Positions 21,662-31,997 of a stretch of 64,000 nt of DNA are shown here, in pieces (the first letter of the stretch is position 1; the number at the start of each line of letters is the position of its first letter). The position numbers were made by a program, and so were the translations under genes. The stretch is from an uncultured Candidatus Binatia bacterium (lineage in GTDB: Bacteria; Desulfobacterota; Binatia; UBA9968; JAJDTQ01): NCBI GenBank assembly GCA_965242525.1, contig OZ251459.1, positions 2,137,515-2,201,514 of the forward strand, given 5' to 3'. The notes under the pieces are model-generated. The model ran no database searches. It saw only the letters and a list, made by a program, of their open reading frames with translations, and had not been told where the DNA came from.

Positions 21662-22684
21662 CTACTTCATCAACTCGGCGTTGATCCGGTCGAGTTGGAG
21701 CTGGGACGGCTGCACCGCGTCCTGGGTCAGATACGCCAGGGGCGTGTCGCAGAGGTTCAGGTCCTCCACGAACTCCGGCCGCTCTTCATCCAGGTAGATG
21801 AGGCCGGTCAGGAACTTGCGCTCGGCCACCGCGGCGTGGAGCGCCGTCACCGCCTGCATCCGGTTGGTGGGGTCGTAGTTGCGTCCGAGCTTGTGCAGCG
21901 TCACGCGGGAACCGTCGTGGAGCGTGACCTCCTGGTCGGTCCCCTCCTCGTAGTCCACCTCGATGTTCTCGTACGGCGGAATGAAGTCGATGTCGTGGAG
22001 CGGGTCCAGGTGCTCCCGGATGTACTTGAGGCTCTTGGTGGAGCCGTGATGGTCGTTGAACGTGACGCAGGGGCTCAGCACGTCGAGGATGGCGCTCCCC
22101 TTGTGGGCCACCGCGCCCTGGATCAGGGGCGCGAGCTGCTTCCGGTCCCCGGAGAAGCTCCGGGCCACGTAGGTGGCGCCCAGGGTGATGGCCAGCTCGC
22201 ACAGGTCGATGGCGGGCATGTCGTTGATCTTGCCGCCCTTCATCACCGTGCCCTCGTCCGCGGTGGCCGAGAACTGGCCCTTGGTCAGGCCGTACACGCC
22301 GTTGTTCTCGATGACGTAGGTGATATTCACGTTGCGGCGCATCATGTGGCAGAAGTTCCCCAGCCCGATGGCCGAGGTGTCGCCGTCGCCGGAGATGCCC
22401 AGAGGGATCATCCCGTGGTTGGCCACGTTGGCCCCGGTGGCCACCGACGACATCCGCCCGTGCACCGCGTTGATGCCGAAGGCCTGGTTCATGAAGTAGT
22501 TGGGGGTCTTGGACGAGCAGCCGATGCCGCTCAGCTTGATCACGTTGCGCGGGTCCACGCTGCTGGCGAAGAACGCGCGCATGATGGACGCGGAGATGGC
22601 GTCATGGCCGCAGCCGCGGCACATGGTGGATTCCGCCCCCTTGTAGTCCTTTTCCGTCAGATCGACGCGATTTGCTTTTGCCAT
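21662..22684 (-). CDS. korB: 2-oxoglutarate/2-oxoacid:ferredoxin oxidoreductase, beta subunit
   Basis: CRGCGHDAI, a TPP-binding ISGDGDTSAIGLGN motif, and YVIENNGVYGLTKGQ. Confidence 0.9.
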   Translation of the reverse strand: MAKANRVDLTEKDYKGAESTMCRGCGHDAISASIMRAFFASSVDPRNVIKLSGIGCSSKTPNYFMNQAFGINAVHGRMSSVATGANVANHGMIPLGISGDGDTSAIGLGNFCHMMRRNVNITYVIENNGVYGLTKGQFSATADEGTVMKGGKINDMPAIDLCELAITLGATYVARSFSGDRKQLAPLIQGAVAHKGSAILDVLSPCVTFNDHHGSTKSLKYIREHLDPLHDIDFIPPYENIEVDYEEGTDQEVTLHDGSRVTLHKLGRNYDPTNRMQAVTALHAAVAERKFLTGLIYLDEERPEFVEDLNLCDTPLAYLTQDAVQPSQLQLDRINAELMK

Positions 22685-24507
22685 GGCTCGTCCACCTTCG
22701 TTTCGATTTCCTCTTCGGTCGTCTCCCGATGCTCCCGGATCTGCCGGACGATCTCGCCCGCGGTGGCGGGGAGGCCGTCGTAGATCAGCACGCTCACGAT
22801 CCTCGTGGCGAACTCCGGGTACTCCTCCTTGAAGATCGCCGCCATCTGCGCGTCCCGGTTCTGCTCCATGAGATAGACCACCTCATGCGACGCCAGGAAC
22901 TCCCCGACCTCTTCCGTCAGGGGCAACGCCCTGAGCAGCAGGTGGTCGGTCTCCACCCCCGCAGCCCGAAGCCGGTCCCGGGCCTCCCGCACCGCCTCGT
23001 AGCTCGACCCGAAGCAGACCACGCCGGTGTTCACGCCCGGGCGGCTCTCCACCCACGGCTTGGGCACGAAACCGCGGGCGGTCTCGTGCTTGAGCCGCAG
23101 CCGGTCCAGGGTCTCCTTGTAGTCCTTCTCGTCTTCCGAGTAGCGCGCCTGGGCGTCATGCCCCGAGCCCCGGGCGAAGTAGGCCGCCTGGGGATGGCGG
23201 TTGCCGGGGATGGTGCGCTGGGGCACGCCGTCGCCGTCCACGTCCCGGTACCGCCCGAACCCTCCCTGCTTCTCGATGTCCTCGGCGCTCACGAGCTTGC
23301 CCCGGTCGAAGGGCTCCTGCAGCAGTTCCAGCGGGTCGGAACCCCAGAGGTTCATGCCCAGGTCCAGGTCCATCATGACGAACACCGGGGTCTGGAACCG
23401 GTCCGCCAGGTCGAAGCTCCGGCGCCCCAGGTCGAAGCACGACTTCATGTCGTGGGGGATCAGGACGATGTGGCGCGTGTCGCCGTGGGAGGCCAGGTGC
23501 ATCAGGTGGATGTCGGCCTGCTGGGTGCGGGTGGGAAGCCCGGTGGAAGGGCCGCCGCGCTGGATGATGAAATAGACTCCGGGGATCTCGGCGAAGTACT
23601 GGAGGCCGATGGTCTCGTTCATCAGCGACAGGCCGGGGCCGGAGGTGGAGGTCATGGCCCTGGCGCCCATCCAGCCCGCGCCCGCCACCATGTTGGTGGC
23701 GCTGATCTCGTCCTCGGCCTGGATCACCGCATAGGTGGCCTTGCCGTCGTCGTCCTTGCGCAACCGCGGCAGGTACCGTTCCAGCGCCTCGGCCAGGGAG
23801 CTGGACGGGGTGATGGGGTACCAGGCCACGAACGTGACCCCGCCGTAGATGGCCCCGATGGCGCAGGCGGTGTTGCCCTCGGTGACGATCTTCCCCTTGT
23901 TGCCGTCCGGGATCTGCTCCAGCATGGCGATGGACTGGCTCGAACCGTTGTCGCGCATGTGGTCGTAACCGAGCTCGATGCAGAGCAGGTTGGACTCGAT
24001 GACCGCGGGCTTGTTGCCGAAGGTGTCGCTCAACACCGCGCGGATGGTCTCCATGTCGATGCCGAACAGGTAGGCCAGCGCTCCCACATAGACCATGTTG
24101 CGCTGCTTGGCCCTGAGCGGACCCGCCTCCACGTGTTTCTGCACGAGGCCGTTGGCCGGGACCCCGAGGTACTGCACGCCGCCGCGCTTCAGGGAGTCGG
24201 GCAACGGCTTGGTGTCGTCGTAGAGGATCAGGCCGCCGTCCCGGACCCGGTAGATGTCCTTGTCCGCGGTGTCGTCGTTGAACATCACCATGACGTCGAT
24301 CACGTCCTTCCGCCCGAGGTAGCCGTCGGCGTTGGCCCGGATCTGGTACCAGGTGGGCAGGCCCTGGATGTTGGACGGGAACATGTTCTTGGAGGAGCAC
24401 GGGATCCCCATCTTGAATATGGACTTGAACAGGATGTTGTTGGACGAAGCGCTTCCCGAACCGTTGGCGGTAGCGACGCAGATGCTGAGATCGTTGACCA
24501 CGGGCAT
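22657..24507 (-). CDS. korA: 2-oxoglutarate/2-oxoacid:ferredoxin oxidoreductase, alpha subunit (gamma-alpha fused type)
   Basis: 616 aa with N-terminus ANGSGSASSNNILFKSIFKMGIPCSSKNMFPSNIQGLPTWYQIR and, later, AWYPITPSSSLAE. It overlaps the korB start by 28 nt. Confidence 0.9.
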   Translation of the reverse strand: MPVVNDLSICVATANGSGSASSNNILFKSIFKMGIPCSSKNMFPSNIQGLPTWYQIRANADGYLGRKDVIDVMVMFNDDTADKDIYRVRDGGLILYDDTKPLPDSLKRGGVQYLGVPANGLVQKHVEAGPLRAKQRNMVYVGALAYLFGIDMETIRAVLSDTFGNKPAVIESNLLCIELGYDHMRDNGSSQSIAMLEQIPDGNKGKIVTEGNTACAIGAIYGGVTFVAWYPITPSSSLAEALERYLPRLRKDDDGKATYAVIQAEDEISATNMVAGAGWMGARAMTSTSGPGLSLMNETIGLQYFAEIPGVYFIIQRGGPSTGLPTRTQQADIHLMHLASHGDTRHIVLIPHDMKSCFDLGRRSFDLADRFQTPVFVMMDLDLGMNLWGSDPLELLQEPFDRGKLVSAEDIEKQGGFGRYRDVDGDGVPQRTIPGNRHPQAAYFARGSGHDAQARYSEDEKDYKETLDRLRLKHETARGFVPKPWVESRPGVNTGVVCFGSSYEAVREARDRLRAAGVETDHLLLRALPLTEEVGEFLASHEVVYLMEQNRDAQMAAIFKEEYPEFATRIVSVLIYDGLPATAGEIVRQIREHRETTEEEIETKVDEPWQKQIASI

Positions 24508-24554
24508 TTCCTTCTCCAGGGTTGTTTCGGGAGACAGATTCTTGACGGGTCCCT

Positions 24555-24583
24555 ATTGTACCAACACAACGTAGCCTTAACAA
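24555..24583 (-). promoter_or_regulatory. Sigma-70-like promoter for korAB (-35 TTGTTA, 17 nt, extended -10 TGgTACAAT)
   Basis: Read on the minus strand: taacaa at 24578-24583 and attgta at 24555-24560 on the + strand. It lies ~48 nt upstream of the korA ATG, and GGAGAAGG precedes that ATG. Confidence 0.4.
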
Positions 24584-24655
24584 GGACTTAACCGTTGCCC
24601 CGAGGACTTTGCCGCTCCTCGGGCCGGGGGATGCGGCGACCCGACGGCCTCCTCC

Positions 24656-25516
24656 CTATCCCGGCGTGTAGTTCTGGTCGGACTCCCAGAACTCCTCGAT
24701 CTCCTTCCATGCCTTGCGCACCACGTCGTCGATGTCGAGCGCCTTGGCGTACTGGAGCACGTCGCCCATGGTCACGATGCCGGTCAGGTCGCCGCCCTCG
24801 CCGGCCACCGGCATGTGCCGGAACCCGTTGTCGCGCATCTTCGCCAGCACTTCCTGGACCGGCGACGCGGGGGCCATGACCAGCGGGTCGGGCGTCATCA
24901 CCTCGGCCACCGGCACCTGCCCCATGTCCCTGTCTTCCAGGGCGACCCGGGTGAGCACGTCCCGCTCGGTGAAGATGCCGCGGACCTTGCCCTCCGCGGA
25001 GACCATGACGCAACCCGTCCGGCCGCGCGCCAGCCTGTCGATGACCTCGGTCACCGGCGTGCCCGCGTCCACCGTGGGCACCGCGCCGGACACCACCTCC
25101 CCCACCGTCCGGGTGTCGCGCAGGTCGGCGCCCAACTCCACCACCAGGTTGAGTATCCGCCGCATGGAGACCAGGCCCGCGGTGCGGCGATCGTCGTCAT
25201 AGACCAGCAGGTGCCGGGACCGGCCCTTGTACATCATGCCCAGCACATCGACGATGGGCGTCCGCTCCGGCACCCCGGGAAGCGGCGTGGTCATGACCCG
25301 GCGCACGGGGGTCTTGTGGACGTCGAGGGTCCGGTTCATCACCCGCCGCAGGACGTCCTGCTCGGTGAAGATGCCGGACGGCTCGTCGCCCTCGGTGACG
25401 ACCACGCGCCCCACCCGGCGATCCACCATGAGCCGGGTCGCTTCCCGTACGGTGCTCGACGGCTCGGCCGTGATGATCGAGCGCGTCATGATCTCGCTTA
25501 CCCTGTTGGTCAGCAT
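24656..25516 (-). CDS. CBS-domain protein (four CBS repeats / two Bateman modules)
   Basis: Four repeats of the IMT..(V/I)...P...V.E....M......H.PV pattern. Confidence 0.85.
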   Translation of the reverse strand: MLTNRVSEIMTRSIITAEPSSTVREATRLMVDRRVGRVVVTEGDEPSGIFTEQDVLRRVMNRTLDVHKTPVRRVMTTPLPGVPERTPIVDVLGMMYKGRSRHLLVYDDDRRTAGLVSMRRILNLVVELGADLRDTRTVGEVVSGAVPTVDAGTPVTEVIDRLARGRTGCVMVSAEGKVRGIFTERDVLTRVALEDRDMGQVPVAEVMTPDPLVMAPASPVQEVLAKMRDNGFRHMPVAGEGGDLTGIVTMGDVLQYAKALDIDDVVRKAWKEIEEFWESDQNYTPG

Positions 25517-25595
25517 GGAAAACCTCCTTGGCGCCCTGCGCGGCCCCGCGGTCGCCGGGGACCGAAGCGTTGCCTCCGGCCGCGTATCATACTAA

Positions 25596-25789
25596 GGAAC
25601 CTCTGGACAATCGGTACAGGCGACATGAGCGCGTCCTTCGACTCCGCTTCGCTACGCTCAGGACGAACGGGGATAGCTCCGCTTCGCTCAGGACGAACAG
25701 GGAGAGATCCTCTACGCTCAGGACGAACGGGGATAGGAGTGTCAGGGTGAGGGAATCCATCCTGGATGTCTCGATTCTTCACAGGCTCC
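25596..25789 (+). mobile_element. MITE-like element, copy 1 (194 nt), with ~23-bp terminal inverted repeats and three internal ~30-nt subrepeats
   Basis: Left TIR GGAACCTCTGGACAATCGGTACA (25596-25618) and right TIR TGTCTCGATTCTTCACAGGCTCC (25767-25789). CGCTCAGGACGAAC recurs at 25655, 25685 and 25715. Confidence 0.6.
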
Positions 25790-25856
25790 CTGATTGTAGT
25801 GCCCATCGCGCGCGACGCCAAGCATAAACACGGCAAGCCGTCTTCCGCAATTTCCC

Positions 25857-27011
25857 ATGGAACCCTTCTCGCTCTACGTCCACATCCCCTACTGCGTCAG
25901 CAAGTGCCCCTACTGTGACTTCAACTCCCACGTGGCCGCCCGCATCCCCGAGGGGGAGTACACCGGCGCCGTGGCCCGGGAGCTGCGCCATCATGCCGGT
26001 TCGGAGCGGTGGGCCAACCGGTCCGTCAGGACGGTCTTCTTCGGCGGCGGCACGCCTTCGACCTTCCACGGGGACAGCATCGCCGCGCTGCTCGACCAGG
26101 CCGCCGGGCTGTTCCGCTTCGAGGAGCGGATGGAGGTCACGCTGGAAGCGAACCCCGGGGCCGCGGACGCCGGCCGGTTCCGGGACTACCGGGGCTGCGG
26201 CGTCAACCGCATCAGCGTCGGCGCCCAGACCTTCGACCCCGGGCTGCTGCGGTTCCTCGGCCGCAGCCACGGGGCCGCGGAGACGCGCCGCGCGCTGGAG
26301 GGCGTCCGGGACGCAGGCTTCGACAACTTCAGCCTCGACCTGATCTACGCGGTCCCGGGGCAGACCGTGGACGGCGTGGACCGGGACCTCAAGCTGGCCC
26401 TGGAAAGCCGGCCGCCCCACCTGTCCGCCTACAACCTCACCATCGAGGAAGGGACGCCCTTCCACGCCCGCTACCGCCAGGGCCGGCTGCGCCCGCTGGA
26501 CGAAGAGACCGAGGTCGAGATGGCCCGGCGCATCGACCTCACCCTCGCCCGGGCCGGGCTGCGGCGGTACGAGATCTCCAACTACGCGCGCCCGGGCTTC
26601 GAATCGCGCCACAACGTCAACTACTGGGAGGGCGGCGACTACCTCGGCGTGGGCGCCGGCGCCCACAGCCATTACCGAAGGCCCGGAGACCCCCTGGGCG
26701 AGCGCTGGCAGAACGAGCGGTCCCCCGCGGCCTACATGCAGCGCACGCGCGAAGACGGCCACGCGGTCACCCAACGCGAGCGTCCGGGACCGCGCCAGGC
26801 CATGGCGGAACACCTGTTCACCGGGCTGCGGATGATCGAAGGGGTCCCGGTCCCCGCCTTCCGGCGCCGTTTCGGGACCACGCCCCGGGACGCTTTCCCC
26901 GCGGTCGGGGAGTGGCTCGGCGACGGCCTCCTGGCCGAAGAAGGCCAACGCCTCCGCTTCGCGCCCGAAGGGCTGCTGCTGGCGGACGAACTCTTCCTTC
27001 GACTCGTGTGA
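25857..27011 (+). CDS. hemW: Radical SAM heme chaperone HemW (HemN-like, oxygen-independent coproporphyrinogen oxidase family)
   Basis: LYVHIPYCVSKCPYCDFNS, FFGGGTPS, and HemN_C-like tail. Confidence 0.85.
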   Translation: MEPFSLYVHIPYCVSKCPYCDFNSHVAARIPEGEYTGAVARELRHHAGSERWANRSVRTVFFGGGTPSTFHGDSIAALLDQAAGLFRFEERMEVTLEANPGAADAGRFRDYRGCGVNRISVGAQTFDPGLLRFLGRSHGAAETRRALEGVRDAGFDNFSLDLIYAVPGQTVDGVDRDLKLALESRPPHLSAYNLTIEEGTPFHARYRQGRLRPLDEETEVEMARRIDLTLARAGLRRYEISNYARPGFESRHNVNYWEGGDYLGVGAGAHSHYRRPGDPLGERWQNERSPAAYMQRTREDGHAVTQRERPGPRQAMAEHLFTGLRMIEGVPVPAFRRRFGTTPRDAFPAVGEWLGDGLLAEEGQRLRFAPEGLLLADELFLRLV

Positions 27012-27094
27012 ACGGAGGCTCGCCGGTCATCCGGCCGGGCGGCAACGCGCGTCCGGGCGGAAGCCGCTGCCGGGGGCCGTCAGGCGCCCACCCG

Positions 27095-28369
27095 TCACGT
27101 GCCCATCTCCCAGGAGGACAGGTAACGCTTCTGTTCCCGGGTGAGCTTGTCGATCCGGGCGCCCATGGCGGCGAGCTTGAGGCTCGCCACCCACTCCACC
27201 AGGGACGAGGGGACGTCATGGACCCGGGCCGACAGCTCGTCCCCCTGCTCGACCGCCCATTCGGAGGCCAGGGCCTGGGTTGCGAAGCTCATGTCCATGA
27301 CCGAGGCCGGATGGCCTTCGGCCGCGGCCAGGTTCACCAGTCGGCCTTCGCCGAGCAGGAACAGGCGCTTCCCCCCGGGCAGGGTGTAGCAGTCCACGTG
27401 GTTCCTCACGTTGCGCTCGCGCTTCACCGCCATCTCGGTGAGGCCCTCGATGTCGATCTCGATGTCGAAGTGGCCGGAGTTGCAGATGACGGCGCCGTCC
27501 TTCATGGCCCGCAGGTGCTCCTTGCGGATCACGTGCATGTCCCCGGTCAGGGTGATGAAGAGGTCGCCGGTCCGGGCGGCATCCTTCATGGGCATCACGT
27601 CGAAGCCGTCCATGGACGCCTCCAGGGCGCGCACCGGATCCACTTCGGTGACCGCCACCCTGGCCCCCATGCCCCGGGCCCGGGACGCCACGCCCCGGCC
27701 GCACCAGCCGTAGCCGGCCACCACCACCCGTTTGCCGGCCAGCAGCACGTCCGTGGCCCGGATGACGCCGTCGATGGTGGACTGGCCGGTGCCGTAGCGG
27801 TTGTCGAACAGGTGCTTGGTGGCGGCGTCGTTGACCGCGATGATGGGGATCCTGAGGGCCCCGTTGGCCTCCAGGGCGCGCAGCCGGATGACCCCGGTGG
27901 TGGTCTCCTCCATGGACGCCACCATGCCGGAGGCCAGGTGGGCGTACTCCTGGTGCAGCATGGACACCAGGTCGGCGCCGTCGTCCATGGTGATGACGGG
28001 CCGGTGGTCCAGCGCCGCCCGCAGGTGCCGGTAGTAGGTGTCGTGGTCCTCGCCGCGCACCGCGAACACCGGCACGCGCTCCTTCTTCACAAGGGCCGCG
28101 GCCACGTCGTCCTGGGTCGAAAGCGGGTTGGACGCGCACAGCGCCACGTCCGCGCCCCCGGCCTTCAACGTGCGCACGAGGTTGGCGGTCTCCGCGGTGA
28201 CGTGGAGGCAGGCCGAGAAGCGCAGGCCCTTCAGGGGCTTCTCCTGCTCGAACCGGGCGCGCACGCTCCGCAGCACCGGCATCTCCTGGTCCGCCCACAG
28301 CACCCGCTTCCAACCGTCCGCGGCAAGGCCCGGGTCCGCCACGTCGAACTGCAACTTCGATCTCGCCAT
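27095..28369 (-). CDS. ahcY: Adenosylhomocysteinase
   Basis: 424 aa with FDVADPGLAADGWKRVLWADQEMPVL, CASNPLSTQDDVAAAL, and NAD-binding site VVVAGYGWCGRGVA. Confidence 0.95.
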   Translation of the reverse strand: MARSKLQFDVADPGLAADGWKRVLWADQEMPVLRSVRARFEQEKPLKGLRFSACLHVTAETANLVRTLKAGGADVALCASNPLSTQDDVAAALVKKERVPVFAVRGEDHDTYYRHLRAALDHRPVITMDDGADLVSMLHQEYAHLASGMVASMEETTTGVIRLRALEANGALRIPIIAVNDAATKHLFDNRYGTGQSTIDGVIRATDVLLAGKRVVVAGYGWCGRGVASRARGMGARVAVTEVDPVRALEASMDGFDVMPMKDAARTGDLFITLTGDMHVIRKEHLRAMKDGAVICNSGHFDIEIDIEGLTEMAVKRERNVRNHVDCYTLPGGKRLFLLGEGRLVNLAAAEGHPASVMDMSFATQALASEWAVEQGDELSARVHDVPSSLVEWVASLKLAAMGARIDKLTREQKRYLSSWEMGT

Positions 28370-28451
28370 GTTCCTCTCCCTCTCCGGCGGCCCGCGCGCA
28401 CCGGGGCCGCCCGACGGTCACCGCCGGAAGGGCGCCGGGTGGGTCTCCAGC

Positions 28452-29627
28452 CTATTCTTCGAGTCCGCTCTTCAGGCCCGCCGCCCGGTCGGTCCGTTCC
28501 CACGTGAACAGGCCGTCCTCCGGGTTGCGGCCGAAATGGCCGTAGGCCGCGGACTTCTGGTAGATGGGCGCTCGCAGCTTCAGGGCTTCGATGATCCCCT
28601 TGGGGGTGAGCTCGAAATGCTCCCGCACCAGCCTCGCGATCTCGCGGTCCGGGGCCACGCCGGTGCCGAAGGTGTCGATGGCGATGGACACCGGCTCCGC
28701 CACGCCGATGACGTAGGCGAGCTGGATCTCGCAACGCCGGGCGAGGCCCGCGGCCACCACGTTCTTGGCCACGTAGCGGGCCACGTAGGCCGCGCTCCGA
28801 TCGACCTTGGAAGGGTCCTTGCCCGAGAACGCGCCGCCGCCGTGGCGCCCCATGCCGCCGTAGGTGTCCACGATGATCTTGCGTCCCGTAAGGCCGCAGT
28901 CGGCCTGGGGGCCTCCGATCTCGAAGCTGCCGGTGGGGTTCACCAGGAACTGCGTGCGGTCGTCCAGGTATCCGGCCGGCACCACCGCCCGGACGACGCT
29001 GTCGATGATGGTCTCCCGGAGCTTGTCGTAGGGGACCTCCGGGACGTGCTGGGTGGAAACCACCACGTTGCTGACCCGGTGCGGCCTGCCGTCCCGGTAC
29101 TCGACGCTGACCTGGGACTTGGAATCGGGCCGAAGGAAAGGCGCCTCCCCCGACTTCCTGACCTTGGCCAGGTAGCTCACCAGGTTGTGGGCGAGCTGGA
29201 TCGGCAGGGGCATCAACTCATCGGTGTCGTCGCAGGCGTAGCCGAACATCATTCCCTGGTCGCCCGCGCCCTGCTCCTTGAACAGCCCCTGGCCTTCCGT
29301 GACCCCCTGGGAGATGTTGGGGGACTGGCGCTCCAAGTGCACGAGGACCTTGCACGTGTTGCCGTCGAAGCCCTTGGCCGGGTCGTCGTAGCCGATGTCC
29401 AGCGCCACCCGGCGCGCCACGCTCTCGTAATCCACCTTGCCCTTGCTGGTGATCTCCCCGGCGATGACCACCAGGTCGTTCTTGACCAGGGTCTCGCATG
29501 CGACCCGGCTGTCGGGGTCCTCCGCCAGGTGGGCGTCGAGGACCGCGTCCGATATCTGGTCGCACATCTTGTCGGGGTGCCCCTCCGAGACCGATTCCGA
29601 GGTAAAGACAAAATCTTTGTTCGTCAT
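28452..29627 (-). CDS. metK: S-adenosylmethionine synthase
   Basis: [37 protein letters not shown] and [19 protein letters not shown]. Confidence 0.95.
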   Translation of the reverse strand: MTNKDFVFTSESVSEGHPDKMCDQISDAVLDAHLAEDPDSRVACETLVKNDLVVIAGEITSKGKVDYESVARRVALDIGYDDPAKGFDGNTCKVLVHLERQSPNISQGVTEGQGLFKEQGAGDQGMMFGYACDDTDELMPLPIQLAHNLVSYLAKVRKSGEAPFLRPDSKSQVSVEYRDGRPHRVSNVVVSTQHVPEVPYDKLRETIIDSVVRAVVPAGYLDDRTQFLVNPTGSFEIGGPQADCGLTGRKIIVDTYGGMGRHGGGAFSGKDPSKVDRSAAYVARYVAKNVVAAGLARRCEIQLAYVIGVAEPVSIAIDTFGTGVAPDREIARLVREHFELTPKGIIEALKLRAPIYQKSAAYGHFGRNPEDGLFTWERTDRAAGLKSGLEE

Positions 29628-29666
29628 GGATGTTCCCTGTCCGGCCCTTCCTTCCCGGAAGGGCCG

Positions 29667-29948
29667 CTAGTCACTCTCGCGAAACTTGTCGTCGATGAGC
29701 TGCTCGATGGCGAGCATCGCTTCCCGGGCGTCGTCCCCCCTGGTCTCGACGCGGATCTTGCTCCCCTTGGCGGCTCCCAGAGTCAGCACGCCCATGATGC
29801 TGCGCGCGTCCACCACGTTGTCGTCCTTGGAGATCTTCACCTCCGAGGAGAACCGGTTCACGGTCTGCACCAGCAACGCGGACGCCCGGGCGTGCATCCC
29901 GAGGCGGTTCTTTATCTCGATCCTCTTCTTGACGCGGTGCATGGGCAT
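29667..29948 (-). CDS. ptsH: HPr-family phosphocarrier protein
   Basis: IKNRLGMHARASALLV contains the active-site His context, and SIMGVLTLGAAKGSKI matches the regulatory-Ser region. The start is taken at ATG 29948; the ATG at 29942 is equally possible. Confidence 0.8.
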   Translation of the reverse strand: MPMHRVKKRIEIKNRLGMHARASALLVQTVNRFSSEVKISKDDNVVDARSIMGVLTLGAAKGSKIRVETRGDDAREAMLAIEQLIDDKFRESD

Positions 29949-30030
29949 GGGCCAGCGTCCCGGCTCCCCGGCCGGGCGCGCCGCGGCCTCCAACCCACTA
30001 GCAAAAAACCGGGCGGGAAGAAACCGCGGG

Positions 30031-30492
30031 TCACAGGTCCCGTTCCTTCTCCTCGATCAGGCTCACCACTTCCTCCGGGGTCTCCACGCGCATGAGGCGT
30101 TCCCGCAGCCCGGCGTCCTTCACCAGCCGCGACACCCGCGCCAGGGCGTTGAGGTGCTCGGAAGTCGATCCTTCGGGCGCAACCAGCAGGAAGAAGATGT
30201 GGGTCGGGGCGCCGTCCTGGGCGTCGAAATCGACCCCTTCCGCACTGCGGGCGAAGGCGACGAACAAGCGCTCCAGCCCCGGGAGCTTGCCGTGGGGTAT
30301 GGCGACTCCTTCCCCGATGGCGGTGCTGCATATCCTCTCCCGGGCACGGATCACCTCGAGCAGCCGCTGCGAGTCCTCGAACCCGTAGTGCCTCGACACC
30401 CGGGTCACCATCTCTTCCAGGACAGCGCCCTTGTCCCGCGCCCGGAGGCTCGGAATCACCGCTTCCGGGTCCAGAACGTCCGTGATTCGCAA
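30031..30492 (-). CDS. ptsN: PTS IIA-type nitrogen regulatory protein
   Basis: STAIGEGVAIPHGKL is the IIA-Ntr active-site His motif. The TTG start at 30492 is preceded by AAGGAGG 7 nt upstream (read from the reverse complement). Confidence 0.8.
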   Translation of the reverse strand: MRITDVLDPEAVIPSLRARDKGAVLEEMVTRVSRHYGFEDSQRLLEVIRARERICSTAIGEGVAIPHGKLPGLERLFVAFARSAEGVDFDAQDGAPTHIFFLLVAPEGSTSEHLNALARVSRLVKDAGLRERLMRVETPEEVVSLIEEKERDL

Positions 30493-30536
30493 CCGCCACC
30501 CTCCTTTCCGGGGCTGCCGCGCCCGGCCCGCCGGCG

Positions 30537-31979
30537 TCAGCCGGAGCGGACCCGACGGCTCGCCAACGGCTCCCGTCTCCGGGACGAAGGCAGAATCCCC
30601 AGTTGGTCCCGATATTTTGCCACCGTACGGCGCGCAATGTCGATGCCGAGGTCCGCGAGCGCGCCCGCGATCTCCTGGTCGCTCAGGGGCTTCCCGGGGT
30701 CCTCGGACTCCACCATCGTCTTGATCCGGTCCCGGACCGACTCCGAGGAGACCACACCGGAGCCCCCGTTGTGGGGTATCCCGCTCTGGAAGAAGAACTT
30801 CAACTCGAAGACGCCCTGGGGGGTGAACGCGTACTTGTTGGAGGTGGCGCGGCTGACCGTGGACTGGTGCATGCCGATCTCCGCGGCCACGTCGCGCAGC
30901 ACCAGCGGCCTGAGACGGGCGACGCCGTGGTCCAGGAACTCGCGCTGGAAGCCGAAGATGCTCTCGCTCACGCGGTAGAGGGTCTGCTGGCGCCAGTGGA
31001 CGCTCTTGATCAACCACATGGCCGCCCGGACCTTCGCCTCCAGGTATTCCCTGGCCTTGCGCGCCTCTTCCCCCTTCTCCCGGGCCAGGCGCCGCACCAG
31101 CGGACTCACCCGCAAGGGCGGGACGCCGTCGTCGTTCAGGGAAACCGCGTACTCGCCTCCCACCTTCTGGACCACCACGTCGGGGACGATGGCGCGGACC
31201 TCGCCGTCGTCGAACCCGCGAGCCGGCTTGGGCTCCAGGCAGGCGATGAGGCGGGCCGCCTCCACCACCTGGTCCAGGCTCGCCCCGAGGCCGTCGGCGA
31301 TCCTCTCGTACTGCCGGTACTCCAACTCGTGCAGGTGGTTCGCCACCATGCGGGCGGCCAGGCCGTCCTTCATTCCGGCGTTGCGGAGCTGCGCCAGCAG
31401 GCACTCGCGCAGGTCCCGGGCGGCGATGCCCACCGGGTCGAAGGACTGGACACGGGCCAGGACGTCCTCCACCGCGCCGGGGTCCGCCCGAGCCAACTCG
31501 CCGACCTCCTCCACGGACGCCTCCAGGTAGCCCCGTTCGTCCAGGTTGCCGATGATGAACATCCCGATGCTCTCGCCCGCGTGGTCCAGCCCGGCCATGC
31601 GGAGTTGCCACAACAGGTGCTCCTGCAGCGTCTCCTTGCGGGTGACGGTGTCCTCCAGCGACGGGAAGTCCTCGTCCTCCCGGGCCGCCTCGGGACTCCC
31701 CATGTCGTGGCGCGAGTTGGCGTTCAGGTAGTCCTGCCACTCCAGGATGCGGTCGGTGACCGTGGCGTCGGGGGTCGATTCGGGCTCCCGGACCATTTCC
31801 GGGGCGCCGTCGTCCTCGCCGGGGGCTTCCTCCAGGGCGGGGTTCTCCTGCAACTCCTGGGAGACCCGCTGCTGGAGGTCGAGATGGGACAACTGGAGCA
31901 GCTTGATGGCCTGCTGCAACTGGGGCGTCATCACCAGTTGCGGCGCGAGCTTCTGGGAGAGCTTGATCTCGAGCGCCAT
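30537..31979 (-). CDS. rpoN: RNA polymerase sigma-54 factor
   Basis: N-terminal LSQKLAPQLVMTPQLQQAIKLLQLS, HTH HQSTVSRA, and RpoN box ARRTVAKYR. Confidence 0.95.
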   Translation of the reverse strand: MALEIKLSQKLAPQLVMTPQLQQAIKLLQLSHLDLQQRVSQELQENPALEEAPGEDDGAPEMVREPESTPDATVTDRILEWQDYLNANSRHDMGSPEAAREDEDFPSLEDTVTRKETLQEHLLWQLRMAGLDHAGESIGMFIIGNLDERGYLEASVEEVGELARADPGAVEDVLARVQSFDPVGIAARDLRECLLAQLRNAGMKDGLAARMVANHLHELEYRQYERIADGLGASLDQVVEAARLIACLEPKPARGFDDGEVRAIVPDVVVQKVGGEYAVSLNDDGVPPLRVSPLVRRLAREKGEEARKAREYLEAKVRAAMWLIKSVHWRQQTLYRVSESIFGFQREFLDHGVARLRPLVLRDVAAEIGMHQSTVSRATSNKYAFTPQGVFELKFFFQSGIPHNGGSGVVSSESVRDRIKTMVESEDPGKPLSDQEIAGALADLGIDIARRTVAKYRDQLGILPSSRRREPLASRRVRSG

Positions 31980-31997
31980 CCCGGTGTCCCGCCTCCG

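Noticed and set aside
25655-25730. Three direct repeats at a 30-nt period, considered as a possible mini-CRISPR array
   Set aside because: There are only three units, the repeat is ~18 nt with ~12-nt linkers, it lies inside a TIR-bounded MITE-like element found elsewhere in the window, and no cas genes are present.
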